Shown here: in pieces, positions 17,623 to 26,808 of the stretch
Layout: every line of letters begins with the position of its first letter
Position numbering within the stretch: position 1 is the stretch's first letter
Assembly: GCA_049322615.1 (NCBI GenBank)
Contig: JBMORX010000002.1
Location: 11,171-75,170, forward strand
Length of the DNA: 64,000 nt
Direction: 5' to 3'
DNA from: Patescibacteria group bacterium
GTDB taxonomy: Bacteria > Patescibacteriota > Microgenomatia > CAYGWK01
Made by a program: the position numbers and the translations under genes
The notes under the pieces: model-generated
What the model saw: the letters and a program-made list of their open reading frames with translations, nothing else
Told to the model about the DNA's origin: nothing
The model's database searches: none

Positions 17623-19553
17623 TATTTTTTGATGAAATCTGCTCTGACTATCAGATCAGACGACAAGGTTGTATTATAAATGATTAGCCCTTCTCCCGTC
17701 AAGGCAGGAGGTTGAATTTCTCTCAAGATCCATCCTTGAGGATAAGTAATTGATAAGGCAAAATTGTCTTTTTGGCTTCCTGATTGTTTTTGAACAAAAA
17801 GAATGTATTCTTCCCAGCTTTCAGTTTCTGGAAGAGTGTAGGAAATTTCAACCTTTCGCCTCTCCCCAACCGGAACCTCAACCAAAAATCCAAAAACAGT
17901 TCTTTGGTGCTCTTCTTCCACTTCCCACTTCCCACTTCCCACTTCCTCATTGGTAAAAAGATTTTTTATCGACAAGCTATCAACAAGACTGTCCTCGGGA
18001 ACATAGATTCGGAGATAGGTCTTATATCTTCCCGCCGGAAAAATTTCCGAGGGACTTTGGTTTTCATAATTTATTACTAATCGCTCGCTAATTTTTCCCT
18101 CCTCGCCAATTTTAATACTTTGCTCAAGACTTCTTTTTAAGAAATAGTTGCTTTTATTCACTCCGACATTTGCCTCAACAACCATTAGATAATCCTCCAA
18201 GCACTTCGCCCTTTCCGCTTCGCACTTCGCCCTTTTTATCCCGCCGTCCCAGTTAAATTTTGCCAAAAGAAGGGCTACCTGCGGCTCATCCAAAAAAACC
18301 ATCATATCTTTTTCCTCAAGAGATGTAAAAAAAGCCTGGGTAACTTTAAATAAGGTTTTCTCATCAGCAGTCTTGATTTTCTCAAAAAGGACTCTTCCCA
18401 CCTGACCTAAGAAATCTTGTTTACCGGTTGAGCCCGGAAAGAATCCTGCTTCGGAGTAGTATTCTGCTCTCTCAAAAAAATTTTTTGAATTGATTTTTTC
18501 CTGATAATCTGGTAACTCTATCTCGCCAATACTCTCTAAGATTCTTTGAGCCACGGTTAAATTAATGCCTACAACTCCGTCAACTGTTCTTCCAATCTCT
18601 TTATCAAGAAACCATTTCGCTCTTTGGGCAGAGGTGGGAAAATCTGGATCCCAATTTGAATCCCTCAAATACCAACCGGCAGTCCCTAAGAATTCCTTAA
18701 GCTTTGGGGGGGGCTCAACATGACCTTTGAGTTGTCCGTCAGCAAAATAAACATCCTGAATTTCAAAATCCAAAAGCCGACCCCTTTCCAGGGTCAAAAG
18801 ACCAAAAGAGCCAATAAATCCTCCAGAGGGTCTTATCTCCATATTATTTTGAAAAAGTACAAGATAGGTTTTGCGTTCCTTTATTCCTAAAATTTCCGGA
18901 ATAATTTCAATCACTTCTTTAGCAATAATTAAGGTTCTTCGCATTTGGGGCAAGGCAGTCTTTGCTTTTAGAATATAAGGACCAACCAAAAATTCTTTAC
19001 CAGAAAATTCATTTAGAAGTCCCTGACTAAGTGAGGTTTTTTGATAAGCCTCCTCAAGGGAAAATTTAATGTTAAGCAAACTTTCTTCAAGGGAAAAATC
19101 TTCTCCAGATAAGACTTTTTTGAAAACCTTCTCTCCCTCTTGGGCGATATTGGCTATCTGATAAAGGCTTTCAGCAAAGCTCTTGCCAAAAAGAAAAAAA
19201 TTTTGGGATTTCGAAACTTTTTCTTCAAGACCAAAAAGACTAAACGCAGGATTTGAAACCTCTAAGAATTTCAGGGTTCGACCAAGACTACCCTGAAGAC
19301 TTTTCGAGTGTGTTTTTAGCTTAGTTAGATCTTGGGTTTGAATTGCTTTTTGAATTTCCCCAAATCCCAAAAATGAACTAAAAAGATTAAAGCCCAAAAA
19401 AATTAAAGGTGAAGAAATTATCAATAAGAGTAAAATGGCAAAGAAAAATGTGATTTTTTTCTTTTTTTGCTCGGGAGGTTTCTCCTCCTTGAGGAATTCT
19501 TCTGCCCTGTGAAAAATATCTTCAGGTTCTTGAAAATTTTCTGTTTTAAACAT
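17622..19553 (-). CDS. DUF4012-like membrane-anchored extracytoplasmic protein
   Basis: An N-terminal TM helix is followed by the 'GGFIGSFGLLTLERG' motif. It carries in-frame repeat inserts at 17919-17947 (cacttcc x4) and 18201-18235 (gcacttcgcccttt x2). Confidence 0.45.
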   Translation of the reverse strand: MFKTENFQEPEDIFHRAEEFLKEEKPPEQKKKKITFFFAILLLLIISSPLIFLGFNLFSSFLGFGEIQKAIQTQDLTKLKTHSKSLQGSLGRTLKFLEVSNPAFSLFGLEEKVSKSQNFFLFGKSFAESLYQIANIAQEGEKVFKKVLSGEDFSLEESLLNIKFSLEEAYQKTSLSQGLLNEFSGKEFLVGPYILKAKTALPQMRRTLIIAKEVIEIIPEILGIKERKTYLVLFQNNMEIRPSGGFIGSFGLLTLERGRLLDFEIQDVYFADGQLKGHVEPPPKLKEFLGTAGWYLRDSNWDPDFPTSAQRAKWFLDKEIGRTVDGVVGINLTVAQRILESIGEIELPDYQEKINSKNFFERAEYYSEAGFFPGSTGKQDFLGQVGRVLFEKIKTADEKTLFKVTQAFFTSLEEKDMMVFLDEPQVALLLAKFNWDGGIKRAKCEAERAKCLEDYLMVVEANVGVNKSNYFLKRSLEQSIKIGEEGKISERLVINYENQSPSEIFPAGRYKTYLRIYVPEDSLVDSLSIKNLFTNEEVGSGKWEVEEEHQRTVFGFLVEVPVGERRKVEISYTLPETESWEEYILFVQKQSGSQKDNFALSITYPQGWILREIQPPALTGEGLIIYNTTLSSDLIVRADFIKK

Positions 19554-19563
19554 TTTGTTTCGA

Positions 19564-20058
19564 CTAACGTGAAACTGCGTTAAGACTTTGATTAATTAAA
19601 GTGTCGGCAATTTTGTTTTGTCGCCGAGAAATTAAATGGTAAAAAATTTTTCTGTCAACTTTTTGTTCGAGAGCTCTTGTTTGAATAATTAAACTGCGCA
19701 GTTTTGCGTCTTTAATTTTAAAGCGACCGTTAAGTTGATTAACCACTAGTTGAGAATCTAAAAAGAAGTGGATTTGGGGTGAGGATGAGAGGTGTGAAGT
19801 GGGTTCTTTTTTCTCACTTCGCACTTCCTGACTCACTTCCCATTTCTCACCCCCACCCTTATAACCCGACCTACTGCTTACAACCCATCCCAATGCCTCA
19901 ATCACTGCCTGATATTCGGCGACGTTATTAGTCGTCTTACCAATCCTCTTTGAAAACTTATAAATAATCTTTCCATTTTCTAAAACCACAAAAGCAACAG
20001 CCCCAGGCCCTGGATTTCCCCGTGAACCTCCATCGCAATAAATTGAGATTTTTTTCAT
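19564..20058 (-). CDS. rnhA: Ribonuclease HI
   Basis: 'CDGGSRGNPGPGA', 'NNVAEYQAVIEAL' and 'DSQLVVNQLNG' are present. An in-frame insert of ~30 aa is encoded by a palindromic GGTGAG/CACTTC element at 19768-19860. Confidence 0.8.
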   Translation of the reverse strand: MKKISIYCDGGSRGNPGPGAVAFVVLENGKIIYKFSKRIGKTTNNVAEYQAVIEALGWVVSSRSGYKGGGEKWEVSQEVRSEKKEPTSHLSSSPQIHFFLDSQLVVNQLNGRFKIKDAKLRSLIIQTRALEQKVDRKIFYHLISRRQNKIADTLINQSLNAVSR

Positions 20059-20463
20059 TTAAAGTTCAGTAGAGAATTTTTCTAAACCCTTTTCAAACTC
20101 GACGTCCTTTTTGGAGATTTCTTTAATTGTTTTATCGTTAATTATTTTGAAATATCTGATTGGTTTGCCCCATCTTTTTACCAATTCAATTTCAGCCAGC
20201 ACGCCATCACTAATGGGACCAAAAATCCATAATTCATCAGAAATTCTAATTAAGTTATTGTTCGCTTTTCTCACTAAATCTCTATCAACTGTATCTGTAA
20301 TAAAATAATCAAAAATTCCAAACTGAGAAATTGGAGTGTATCCCTGCTCCAAAACAAATTTAACCGCATGTCTACTAAAATAAAACAAGTGCTTAGACAT
20401 GGCGATAAAAATAATCCTAGTTTTTCTAGTAAGATTTAGAGCTCTATGTTTAAATTTGCTCAT
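20059..20463 (-). CDS. Hypothetical protein
   Basis: 134-aa ORF adjacent to rnhA with no confident family. Confidence 0.35.
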   Translation of the reverse strand: MSKFKHRALNLTRKTRIIFIAMSKHLFYFSRHAVKFVLEQGYTPISQFGIFDYFITDTVDRDLVRKANNNLIRISDELWIFGPISDGVLAEIELVKRWGKPIRYFKIINDKTIKEISKKDVEFEKGLEKFSTEL

Positions 20464-20475
20464 AAGATTTGTTTT

Positions 20476-21774
20476 CTAAAAGATTTTACCACGAGTTTTA
20501 ATGATTTCAACCAGGGTTTTGGGGAAAGTAAAAGATGGTTTAAGGCTAAATTTCCGGGCTAAATAAGCACTGGTTAAAATTAAAACCAAACCTTCGGTGG
20601 CGATGGTAACGACAGCGGCAGCAATATACGAATAACGGGGAATAAAAACTAAATTAAGAACAACGTTCCAAACCAAAGCGATGATGGCAACTGCTAAAGA
20701 AACTTTTTGTTTTCCTAAAGCAATTAAAGAATAACCAGTCAAATGATTAAAATAGGCAAGAAAGGTGGCAAAAACCAAAATTCGCAAGGCGGTGATACTT
20801 TGGGAAAACTGGGGACCGCCAATAATGGCAATCACCAGTGGGGCAAAAATAAAAACTAAAAAAACCAGGATGGTTCCAGCCAGGAATAAGACATCAAATG
20901 ATTTTTTATAAATCAGTGTTAATCTGTCGCTTAATCCGCGCTCATCAGCATACTTAGAAATTATGGGAAAGAGAGCATTCATTAAATAAGCCGCTCCTAA
21001 TATCAAATTCTCATGAACCTTATAAGCCAAACCATAAATCCCCACTGGGGTTGAGCCCTTAAATCCTTGAAGAATGATGATATCAATTCGGTTGTAAATT
21101 GTAAAAAGCATAAGCAGGGCACCAGTTGGTAAAGATTCCCAAAAAATTTTTTTGATAAGTTTACTCTCAATTTTAAAATTAAAACTGGTCACTCTCCGGG
21201 CAAGAATTAACCCAAGGATAGCCGCTATTGTCGAAGAGAGAGTTAAACCAAAAAATATTATTTTTAAACTTAAAGAAAATTTTAAAATTAAAAGTAAAAA
21301 CAGTAAAAAAAGTCCGCTTGAAACAAGTTCTATCATGGCGATATTTTCAAAATGAAGTTTTGTTTGAAAAATAATGTTGCAAGAAGTTCGAATTGATAAA
21401 AAGAAAATCAAGGCTGAGGCTATTGTTGTCGGTAAAACCAGGGTTTCAAATTTGGGAACAAGACGAATTAGAAAATTAATAATTAAAAAAGAGACAGTCG
21501 CTAAAAACAAACGAAAAAGCAGGGCATTACCAAAAATTTTTTCTTCTTCGGTTTTACCTTTGGCTGCTTCTCTGACAGAAATCATCCCTGATCCCCAATC
21601 AGAGATCGAAACAAAAAGCATCACCAAGGCAAGAATAAAAACATAATTTCCGAAGCCTTCGGTTCCCAGGCTTCTAGTTAAAATGGCGGTGATTAGAATG
21701 GTAATAAAAACCACTCCAGCTCGACCCAAAATCTGGACGATGGTATTTAAGGCGACTCTTTGGAAGAGGTTCAT
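20476..21774 (-). CDS. Polysaccharide biosynthesis flippase (MOP/Wzx family)
   Basis: 432 aa with ~12 TM helices and the Polysacc_synt N-terminus 'LFQRVALNTIVQILGRAGVVFITILI'. Confidence 0.6.
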   Translation of the reverse strand: MNLFQRVALNTIVQILGRAGVVFITILITAILTRSLGTEGFGNYVFILALVMLFVSISDWGSGMISVREAAKGKTEEEKIFGNALLFRLFLATVSFLIINFLIRLVPKFETLVLPTTIASALIFFLSIRTSCNIIFQTKLHFENIAMIELVSSGLFLLFLLLILKFSLSLKIIFFGLTLSSTIAAILGLILARRVTSFNFKIESKLIKKIFWESLPTGALLMLFTIYNRIDIIILQGFKGSTPVGIYGLAYKVHENLILGAAYLMNALFPIISKYADERGLSDRLTLIYKKSFDVLFLAGTILVFLVFIFAPLVIAIIGGPQFSQSITALRILVFATFLAYFNHLTGYSLIALGKQKVSLAVAIIALVWNVVLNLVFIPRYSYIAAAVVTIATEGLVLILTSAYLARKFSLKPSFTFPKTLVEIIKTRGKIF

Positions 21775-23093
21775 GATTTTATTTTACCCCAGGCTAGACC
21801 AAAAACAATTGTTGCCAAAAGTTGGTTTTGCTGGAGAGTAAGCCAATAATGATCAACCACTCCTGTCAATAAAATCGCCAGGAGTGGAATTACCAATTTC
21901 AAATTTCCAATTTCCAATAATTTTCTAAAAGTTAAAACCAAAAACCAGAGAAAAATTAAAAATCCTGCCATGCCAGTCTCAGCCAAAATTAAAAGATAGA
22001 TATTGTGAACTGGCTGAAGAAAGCGAATAGAGCCAGTTTGCCAATACTCTGGCAGGCGAACAACAAAATTATTCAAACCCACACCAGATAAAAGATTCTC
22101 TTTGATCATTAAAATAGCCACTTTAATTAATTGAAGTCGCAGGATTACTGGTTCGTCAGCGAGGAAACCAGGATTGAAAAACAAAACTAACCCAGTTAGC
22201 AAAAGCAAGACGGAAAAAGTAATTAGTAAATAGTAATTAGTAATTTGGGGGCTAATCTTCCGCTTCCTCCATATTCCATACGCCGTAAACCATAGGCCAG
22301 CCAGCAAACCCACTAGCCAGACAGAGTGCGAGAAAGAAAGGACTAGGGCTGAAAATCCTAGAATAAATACCAATGACCAATAGCTCTTAATTATCCAATC
22401 ATTTAATTGTCCAATTTCAAATTTCAAATTTGTTAATTTGTTGATTAGTTGATTAGTTGATTTGGAATTCCCGAGGAGCAAAATTAAAGCAACGAGGATA
22501 AATCCCGCTAGGGAATTCGGGTGAGAAAAAGTTCCGTATGGTCGCAAAAAGAGTCTTCCACCCAAATCGGCTAAAGCAATTCCTGGGGTCTGAACATTAA
22601 AACTTCGCTCGCCTAACCAGTAAAATATTCCCCCCAAAGAGGCTTGTTTAAAAAACTGGGCAAGAGCAATTAAAGAAGAGTAAATAATGGCTAAAGTAAT
22701 TGGTAATTTGTAATTAGTAATTAGGAGGTTGTTTTTGGCAACATATAATCCCAATAAACTAAATTCAGTAATTTTGACAAGTTTATAAAAAGCAGCACCT
22801 TGATTTTGAGCAAGAAGGGCATTAAACAGTAGAAAACAGAAAACAGAAAACAGAAAAATCAGGCTTTTTGAATTTTGCTTTGTAATTTTGATTTTTGATA
22901 TTTGATATTTGATTTTCTCTGCTATCCAAAACCCCAAAGTCAGAATCACTAAAATATCTGTCAAATAAATTGTCGGGCTCAAATAATCTACCCTTATCCC
23001 AAAAACCAAAGAAAAATCTGGCCAAAAATGTTTACCCAACTGGGTGGGTAAAAGAAGAATTAAAAACCAAAACAAAATTTCATGGAGTTTCAC
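21771..23093 (-). CDS. O-antigen ligase / Wzy-like polytopic membrane protein
   Basis: 440 aa, multi-TM. Several in-frame AT-rich tandem repeats lie at 22190-22250, 22380-22470, 22690-22730 and 22835-22925. Confidence 0.45.
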   Translation of the reverse strand: MKLHEILFWFLILLLPTQLGKHFWPDFSLVFGIRVDYLSPTIYLTDILVILTLGFWIAEKIKYQISKIKITKQNSKSLIFLFSVFCFLLFNALLAQNQGAAFYKLVKITEFSLLGLYVAKNNLLITNYKLPITLAIIYSSLIALAQFFKQASLGGIFYWLGERSFNVQTPGIALADLGGRLFLRPYGTFSHPNSLAGFILVALILLLGNSKSTNQLINKLTNLKFEIGQLNDWIIKSYWSLVFILGFSALVLSFSHSVWLVGLLAGLWFTAYGIWRKRKISPQITNYYLLITFSVLLLLTGLVLFFNPGFLADEPVILRLQLIKVAILMIKENLLSGVGLNNFVVRLPEYWQTGSIRFLQPVHNIYLLILAETGMAGFLIFLWFLVLTFRKLLEIGNLKLVIPLLAILLTGVVDHYWLTLQQNQLLATIVFGLAWGKIKS

Positions 23094-23124
23094 GCTGAAA
23101 GCACCCTTTCAGGGCTTTTTAGGT

Positions 23125-23616
23125 TTACCCCGTCTTACGGGGTTTAACCACCAGCCGTCGATCTTTGCCTTCGCCTTCAGACTCGGAAATTACATCCGGA
23201 TGACCAGCTAAAACCAGATGGATTATTCTTCTTTCTCCACTTGAAAGTGGCGGTAAAACAACTGGTTCGCTTGAGAACTTTGCCCGCTGAGCCGCAGTTA
23301 AAGCCATTCGGCGCAAAGTTTCTTCTCGCCTCTCCCAATAATCTCCAATATTAACTATAACCCTTACCCATTCGCCAATTTTTTTGCTCACCATTATTCC
23401 TAAAATCAACTGGAGAGAAGAGATAGTTTCTCCGTGATAACCAATTAAAATTCCTGAGTCTTTGGTTTCAACCTGAACTTTAATTGCCTCGTTTTCTTTG
23501 TCTTCCTCAACCTCAATCTTAGCCTCTATTCCAAGTAATTTAATCAGTTTTTCTGTTAAATCTTTGGTTATTTTTAATGCGTTAGCATCAAGCTTGCTTA
23601 TTTTTTCATTTTTCAT
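23125..23616 (-). CDS. jag: Jag/KhpB (R3H-domain RNA-binding protein, SpoIIIJ-associated)
   Basis: 'GYHGETISSLQ' in a KH-like region and 'RRIIHLVLAGHPDV' in the R3H region. It lies downstream of yidC. Confidence 0.7.
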   Translation of the reverse strand: MKNEKISKLDANALKITKDLTEKLIKLLGIEAKIEVEEDKENEAIKVQVETKDSGILIGYHGETISSLQLILGIMVSKKIGEWVRVIVNIGDYWERREETLRRMALTAAQRAKFSSEPVVLPPLSSGERRIIHLVLAGHPDVISESEGEGKDRRLVVKPRKTG

Positions 23617-24469
23617 TTTTAACTTTTAATTTCGCCACCCAAGGCGACAGTCCTCCCCAACCGCTGGTGAAATACTGCTGAACAAGTTGAAAGGCGGAAA
23701 AAATAAACCAGTAAAGAATAAGCCCGGAAGGGAAAGTAAAACCAATCAGAATTGTCATCAAGGGAAAAAGGTAAAGCATCTGTGACTGCATCGCCGTGGC
23801 TACATCATCAGTTTTTTCTGGGGTTTTTTGCGCCTCTTTTTCTTCTTTTCGGAGAGCAGGTTGCATCATTTTTGAAGACAAAAATTGGGTTAGGGCGGCG
23901 AAAATTAAAAATATTCCAGGCAAAGGCAGCCCTTGGAAATGAAAAACATCAGGTTTTGAAAGGTCTAAATATAAAAAAGAAAGATTAATTTTTGTTTCCA
24001 GGGGTAAGCGTAGGGCTGGATACAAAATTTCATTAAGGCGAGAGATTATCTCAACCCCATTGGCGCGTAAAACTTGGGCAAAAGCCTGATATAAAGCAAT
24101 TAAAATTAAAAGTTGAATTATTTGGGGAAGACAGCCGGCGGCTGGATTTACCCCTTTTTGCCGGTATAGCTCCATCTGGGCTTGGGCAAATTTTTGTTTA
24201 TCTCCACCATGTCTCTTTTTAAGTTTCTCAATTTCCGGAGCTAGTTCTGCCATTTTTTTTGCCGCCTTAAGCGAGGGAGCCGTTAGGGGAATCAAAACTG
24301 CCCTAATTGCCAAGGTTAAAATTATTATCGCCACCCCCAAGTTTCCAAAGAATTTATAAAGGAGAATAAGCCCATTAACTAGGGGGTGGAATAAAAATAA
24401 ATTCCAAATTTCTGCCATAAAAATTTTAAATAGTAAATTGAAAATAGTAAATATACATAGCAAATTCAA
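23606..24469 (-). CDS. yidC: Membrane protein insertase YidC (short form)
   Basis: 'NPAAGCLPQIIQLLILIALYQ' is the conserved YidC TM2-3 region. It sits in the rnpA-yidD-yidC operon. Confidence 0.8.
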   Translation of the reverse strand: MNLLCIFTIFNLLFKIFMAEIWNLFLFHPLVNGLILLYKFFGNLGVAIIILTLAIRAVLIPLTAPSLKAAKKMAELAPEIEKLKKRHGGDKQKFAQAQMELYRQKGVNPAAGCLPQIIQLLILIALYQAFAQVLRANGVEIISRLNEILYPALRLPLETKINLSFLYLDLSKPDVFHFQGLPLPGIFLIFAALTQFLSSKMMQPALRKEEKEAQKTPEKTDDVATAMQSQMLYLFPLMTILIGFTFPSGLILYWFIFSAFQLVQQYFTSGWGGLSPWVAKLKVKNEK

Positions 24470-24529
24470 AATCTTTTTCTTTTTGAATTTTTAAATGCAT
24501 TTTTGATATTTAATTTTTGCTATTTACTA

Positions 24530-24766
24530 TTAATCAACCGGATCATATCCGCCCTTATTCCAGGGATGACATCTTAAGATTCTTTTTAACCCTAACCAAC
24601 TTCCCAAAAGTATACCATATTTTTCAATTGCCTGATAGCAATATTCAGAACATGAGGGCTGAAATCGACAAACCTTGTCAGTTAAAAAAAGAGCCTTGGC
24701 CAGACCGCAGTTGAAAGAAAGATATTTTTGATAAAAGCGAATTAAAGAAAGGAAAATCTTTTTCAT
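24530..24766 (-). CDS. yidD: Membrane protein insertion efficiency factor YidD
   Basis: '[18 protein letters not shown]' and '[13 protein letters not shown]' are present. Confidence 0.8.
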   Translation of the reverse strand: MKKIFLSLIRFYQKYLSFNCGLAKALFLTDKVCRFQPSCSEYCYQAIEKYGILLGSWLGLKRILRCHPWNKGGYDPVD

Positions 24767-25104
24767 TTAAACAAACCAGCTTTTTTAAAAATTTTCTCCA
24801 CCTCGCCAGAAATCTCCAAAAATGATTTGTCTAAGATTTCTCTTTTCCCTAAAATAATTATGTCGAATCCAGGTTTTGTGCGGAAGAGAATTTTTCTAAC
24901 TGCTTCCCGTAAAATTCGTTTAGTCCTATTTCTTAAAATTGCTTTTTTAGAAATTTTAGTTGAGATAATAAAGCCAAGTCTGGAAAAATTATTCCCGGTT
25001 TCTAAGACTAATGTTCCAAACCACTTCCCCTGAAATCTTTTACCTTTTTCTTTGACCAAATCAAAATCTTCTTTTTTGATTAAGCGGTTTATCTTAGGAA
25101 GCAT
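24763..25104 (-). CDS. rnpA: Ribonuclease P protein component
   Basis: 113 aa, basic. '[13 protein letters not shown]' is the RnpA N-terminus. It sits between rpmH and yidD. Confidence 0.75.
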   Translation of the reverse strand: MLPKINRLIKKEDFDLVKEKGKRFQGKWFGTLVLETGNNFSRLGFIISTKISKKAILRNRTKRILREAVRKILFRTKPGFDIIILGKREILDKSFLEISGEVEKIFKKAGLFK

Positions 25105-25204
25105 AAATAAAACAAAATCCTAATATCTAAATCCTAAACAGTTTTGGAAAATTTGAATTTAGAATTTAAAATTTGTTTGGGATTTCGGATTTCGTGCTTA
25201 GAAT

Positions 25205-25342
25205 TTATAATGAAATTCTTTTTCTCTTCTTCAATTTTCTTCTCTTCAAAACTTTTTTTCCACCACGCACTTTCATTCTCGCCCGAAATCCGTGCTTTCT
25301 TTTTCTTTTTAATTTTTTTGGCTGATAAGTTCTTTTCGGCAT
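25205..25342 (-). CDS. rpmH: 50S ribosomal protein L34
   Basis: Manual translation of the minus strand gives '[45 protein letters not shown]'. It is absent from the ORF track because it is shorter than 60 aa. Confidence 0.8.
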   Translation of the reverse strand: MPKRTYQPKKLKRKRKHGFRARMKVRGGKKVLKRRKLKKRKRISL

Positions 25343-25394
25343 ATGATTATAAAAATTATAACAATTATAAACATTATAACGCAAACTTTCCCTA

Positions 25395-25424
25395 TTGACA
25401 ATTGTGGATAATCTCGGTTATTAT
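25395..25424 (+). promoter_or_regulatory. dnaA promoter with an overlapping consensus DnaA box
   Basis: TTGACA at 25395-25400 and TATTAT at 25419-25424. A perfect DnaA box (TTATCCACA on the minus strand) lies at 25403-25411 in the spacer, consistent with autoregulation. Confidence 0.5.
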
Positions 25425-25470
25425 CATTTCAGGTTTTTTTCTCCTGCCCATCTCTGCACCATCCACTGTT

Positions 25471-26808
25471 ATGGATACTAAAAATCTTTGGCAGCAAGTC
25501 CAAGAAGAATTAAAAATTTCCGTCTCTAAGGCAATTTTTCAAACCCTCTTTCAAGGAACCTCTTTGGTCTCTTTAAAAAATAACGTCGCTACTATTGGTT
25601 GCCCCAGTTCTTATATCCAGGGGTTAATTGAGACAAGGTATTACAGCCTAATTAAAGATATTCTTGATAGAAAAACAAATAAAGACAACAGTTTAGTTTT
25701 TGTGGTTCGCTTGCTTTCAACTAATGAGAAAAAAAGCTTGGGTCCTCTTTTTGAAAAAGAAAAAGAGTTTGTTTCCTCTGTTTCAACCTGTGGTCTGCGA
25801 CCTGATTTTACTTTTGAAAATTTTTGTGTTTCTTCAGTTAACCAACTTCCCTATGCGGCGGCGACAGCGGTTGCCCGAAACCCTGGAGACGCTTATAACC
25901 CTCTGTTTCTCTGGGGAGGGGTTGGGGTTGGTAAAACTCATTTAATGCAAGCCATCGGGCACGAGATTTTAAAAAATCATCCTCAAACAAAAGTAATCTA
26001 TTGTATGGGAGAAGAATTTACCAACGAAATAATTCAGGCTATCCGCTTAAAAACGACTGATGTTTTTAAGAAAAAATATCGCTCAGCCCAAGTGTTGCTT
26101 TTGGACGATGTTCAGTTTATTGCTGGTAAAACCACGGTTCAAGAAGAGTTTTTCCACACCTTCAACGCAATTCAAAGAGAGGGCGGGCAAATTGTTTTAG
26201 TCTCAGACCGACCGCCAGAGGAAATCTCAAAACTTGAGGAAAGACTAAGATCAAGATTTGAAGGAGGACTAATTATTGACATTCCCGTTCCGGACTTTGA
26301 ACTAAGATCAGCCATTCTTTTGACTAAGGCAAAACAAAGAGGAATAAATTTACCAATGGATGTAGCCCAGATTGTTGCTTCAAACATTGACTCAACCAGA
26401 AAGTTGGAGGGGTTTTTGATTAGACTTCAAAACGAATCAGAAACTAAAAAAATCCCTATTTCTCCAGAACTTGTTCAATCTCTTTTGGGAAAGGCAATTG
26501 AAACCCAAGAATTAAAGAAAATTTTAAAACCAAAAGAAATAATTGAAATTGTCGCTAGCCATTTTAATCTCAAAATTGGTGACCTTAAAGGTCAAAAAAG
26601 AATAAAAAAATTTGTCTTCCCAAGACAAATTTCAATGTACATTCTCCGAACCGAGGCAAACCTACCCTTGATGACAATTGCCGAACTTTTGGGAGGAAGA
26701 GACCATACCACCATTATGCACGGTGTGGAAAAAATTACCAAACTACTTTCAGAGAATGAGGATTTGAGAGTGGATATTTCGGGGATTAAACAAAAATTAT
26801 ATTCTTAA
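25471..26808 (+). CDS. dnaA: Chromosomal replication initiator DnaA
   Basis: 'GGVGVGKTHL' (Walker A), 'LLLDDVQF' (Walker B) and the C-terminal HTH 'ISMYILRTEANLPLMTIAELLGGRDHTTIMH' are present. The start is set at MDTKNLWQQ (25471), not the track start at 25402. Confidence 0.9.
   Translation: MDTKNLWQQVQEELKISVSKAIFQTLFQGTSLVSLKNNVATIGCPSSYIQGLIETRYYSLIKDILDRKTNKDNSLVFVVRLLSTNEKKSLGPLFEKEKEFVSSVSTCGLRPDFTFENFCVSSVNQLPYAAATAVARNPGDAYNPLFLWGGVGVGKTHLMQAIGHEILKNHPQTKVIYCMGEEFTNEIIQAIRLKTTDVFKKKYRSAQVLLLDDVQFIAGKTTVQEEFFHTFNAIQREGGQIVLVSDRPPEEISKLEERLRSRFEGGLIIDIPVPDFELRSAILLTKAKQRGINLPMDVAQIVASNIDSTRKLEGFLIRLQNESETKKIPISPELVQSLLGKAIETQELKKILKPKEIIEIVASHFNLKIGDLKGQKRIKKFVFPRQISMYILRTEANLPLMTIAELLGGRDHTTIMHGVEKITKLLSENEDLRVDISGIKQKLYS

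Noticed and set aside
22835-22925. Possible CRISPR array, because of the dense short repeats (cagaaaa x4, ttgatat x several)
   Set aside because: The repeats are 6-8-nt perfect tandem units with no unique spacers of regular length and no cas genes. They lie in-frame inside a membrane-protein ORF. This is microsatellite-like and not CRISPR.
25144-25398. 84-aa plus-strand ORF between rnpA and dnaA
   Set aside because: It is the antisense of a clean rpmH (L34) gene at 25205..25342 and has a low-complexity poly-F/S translation.
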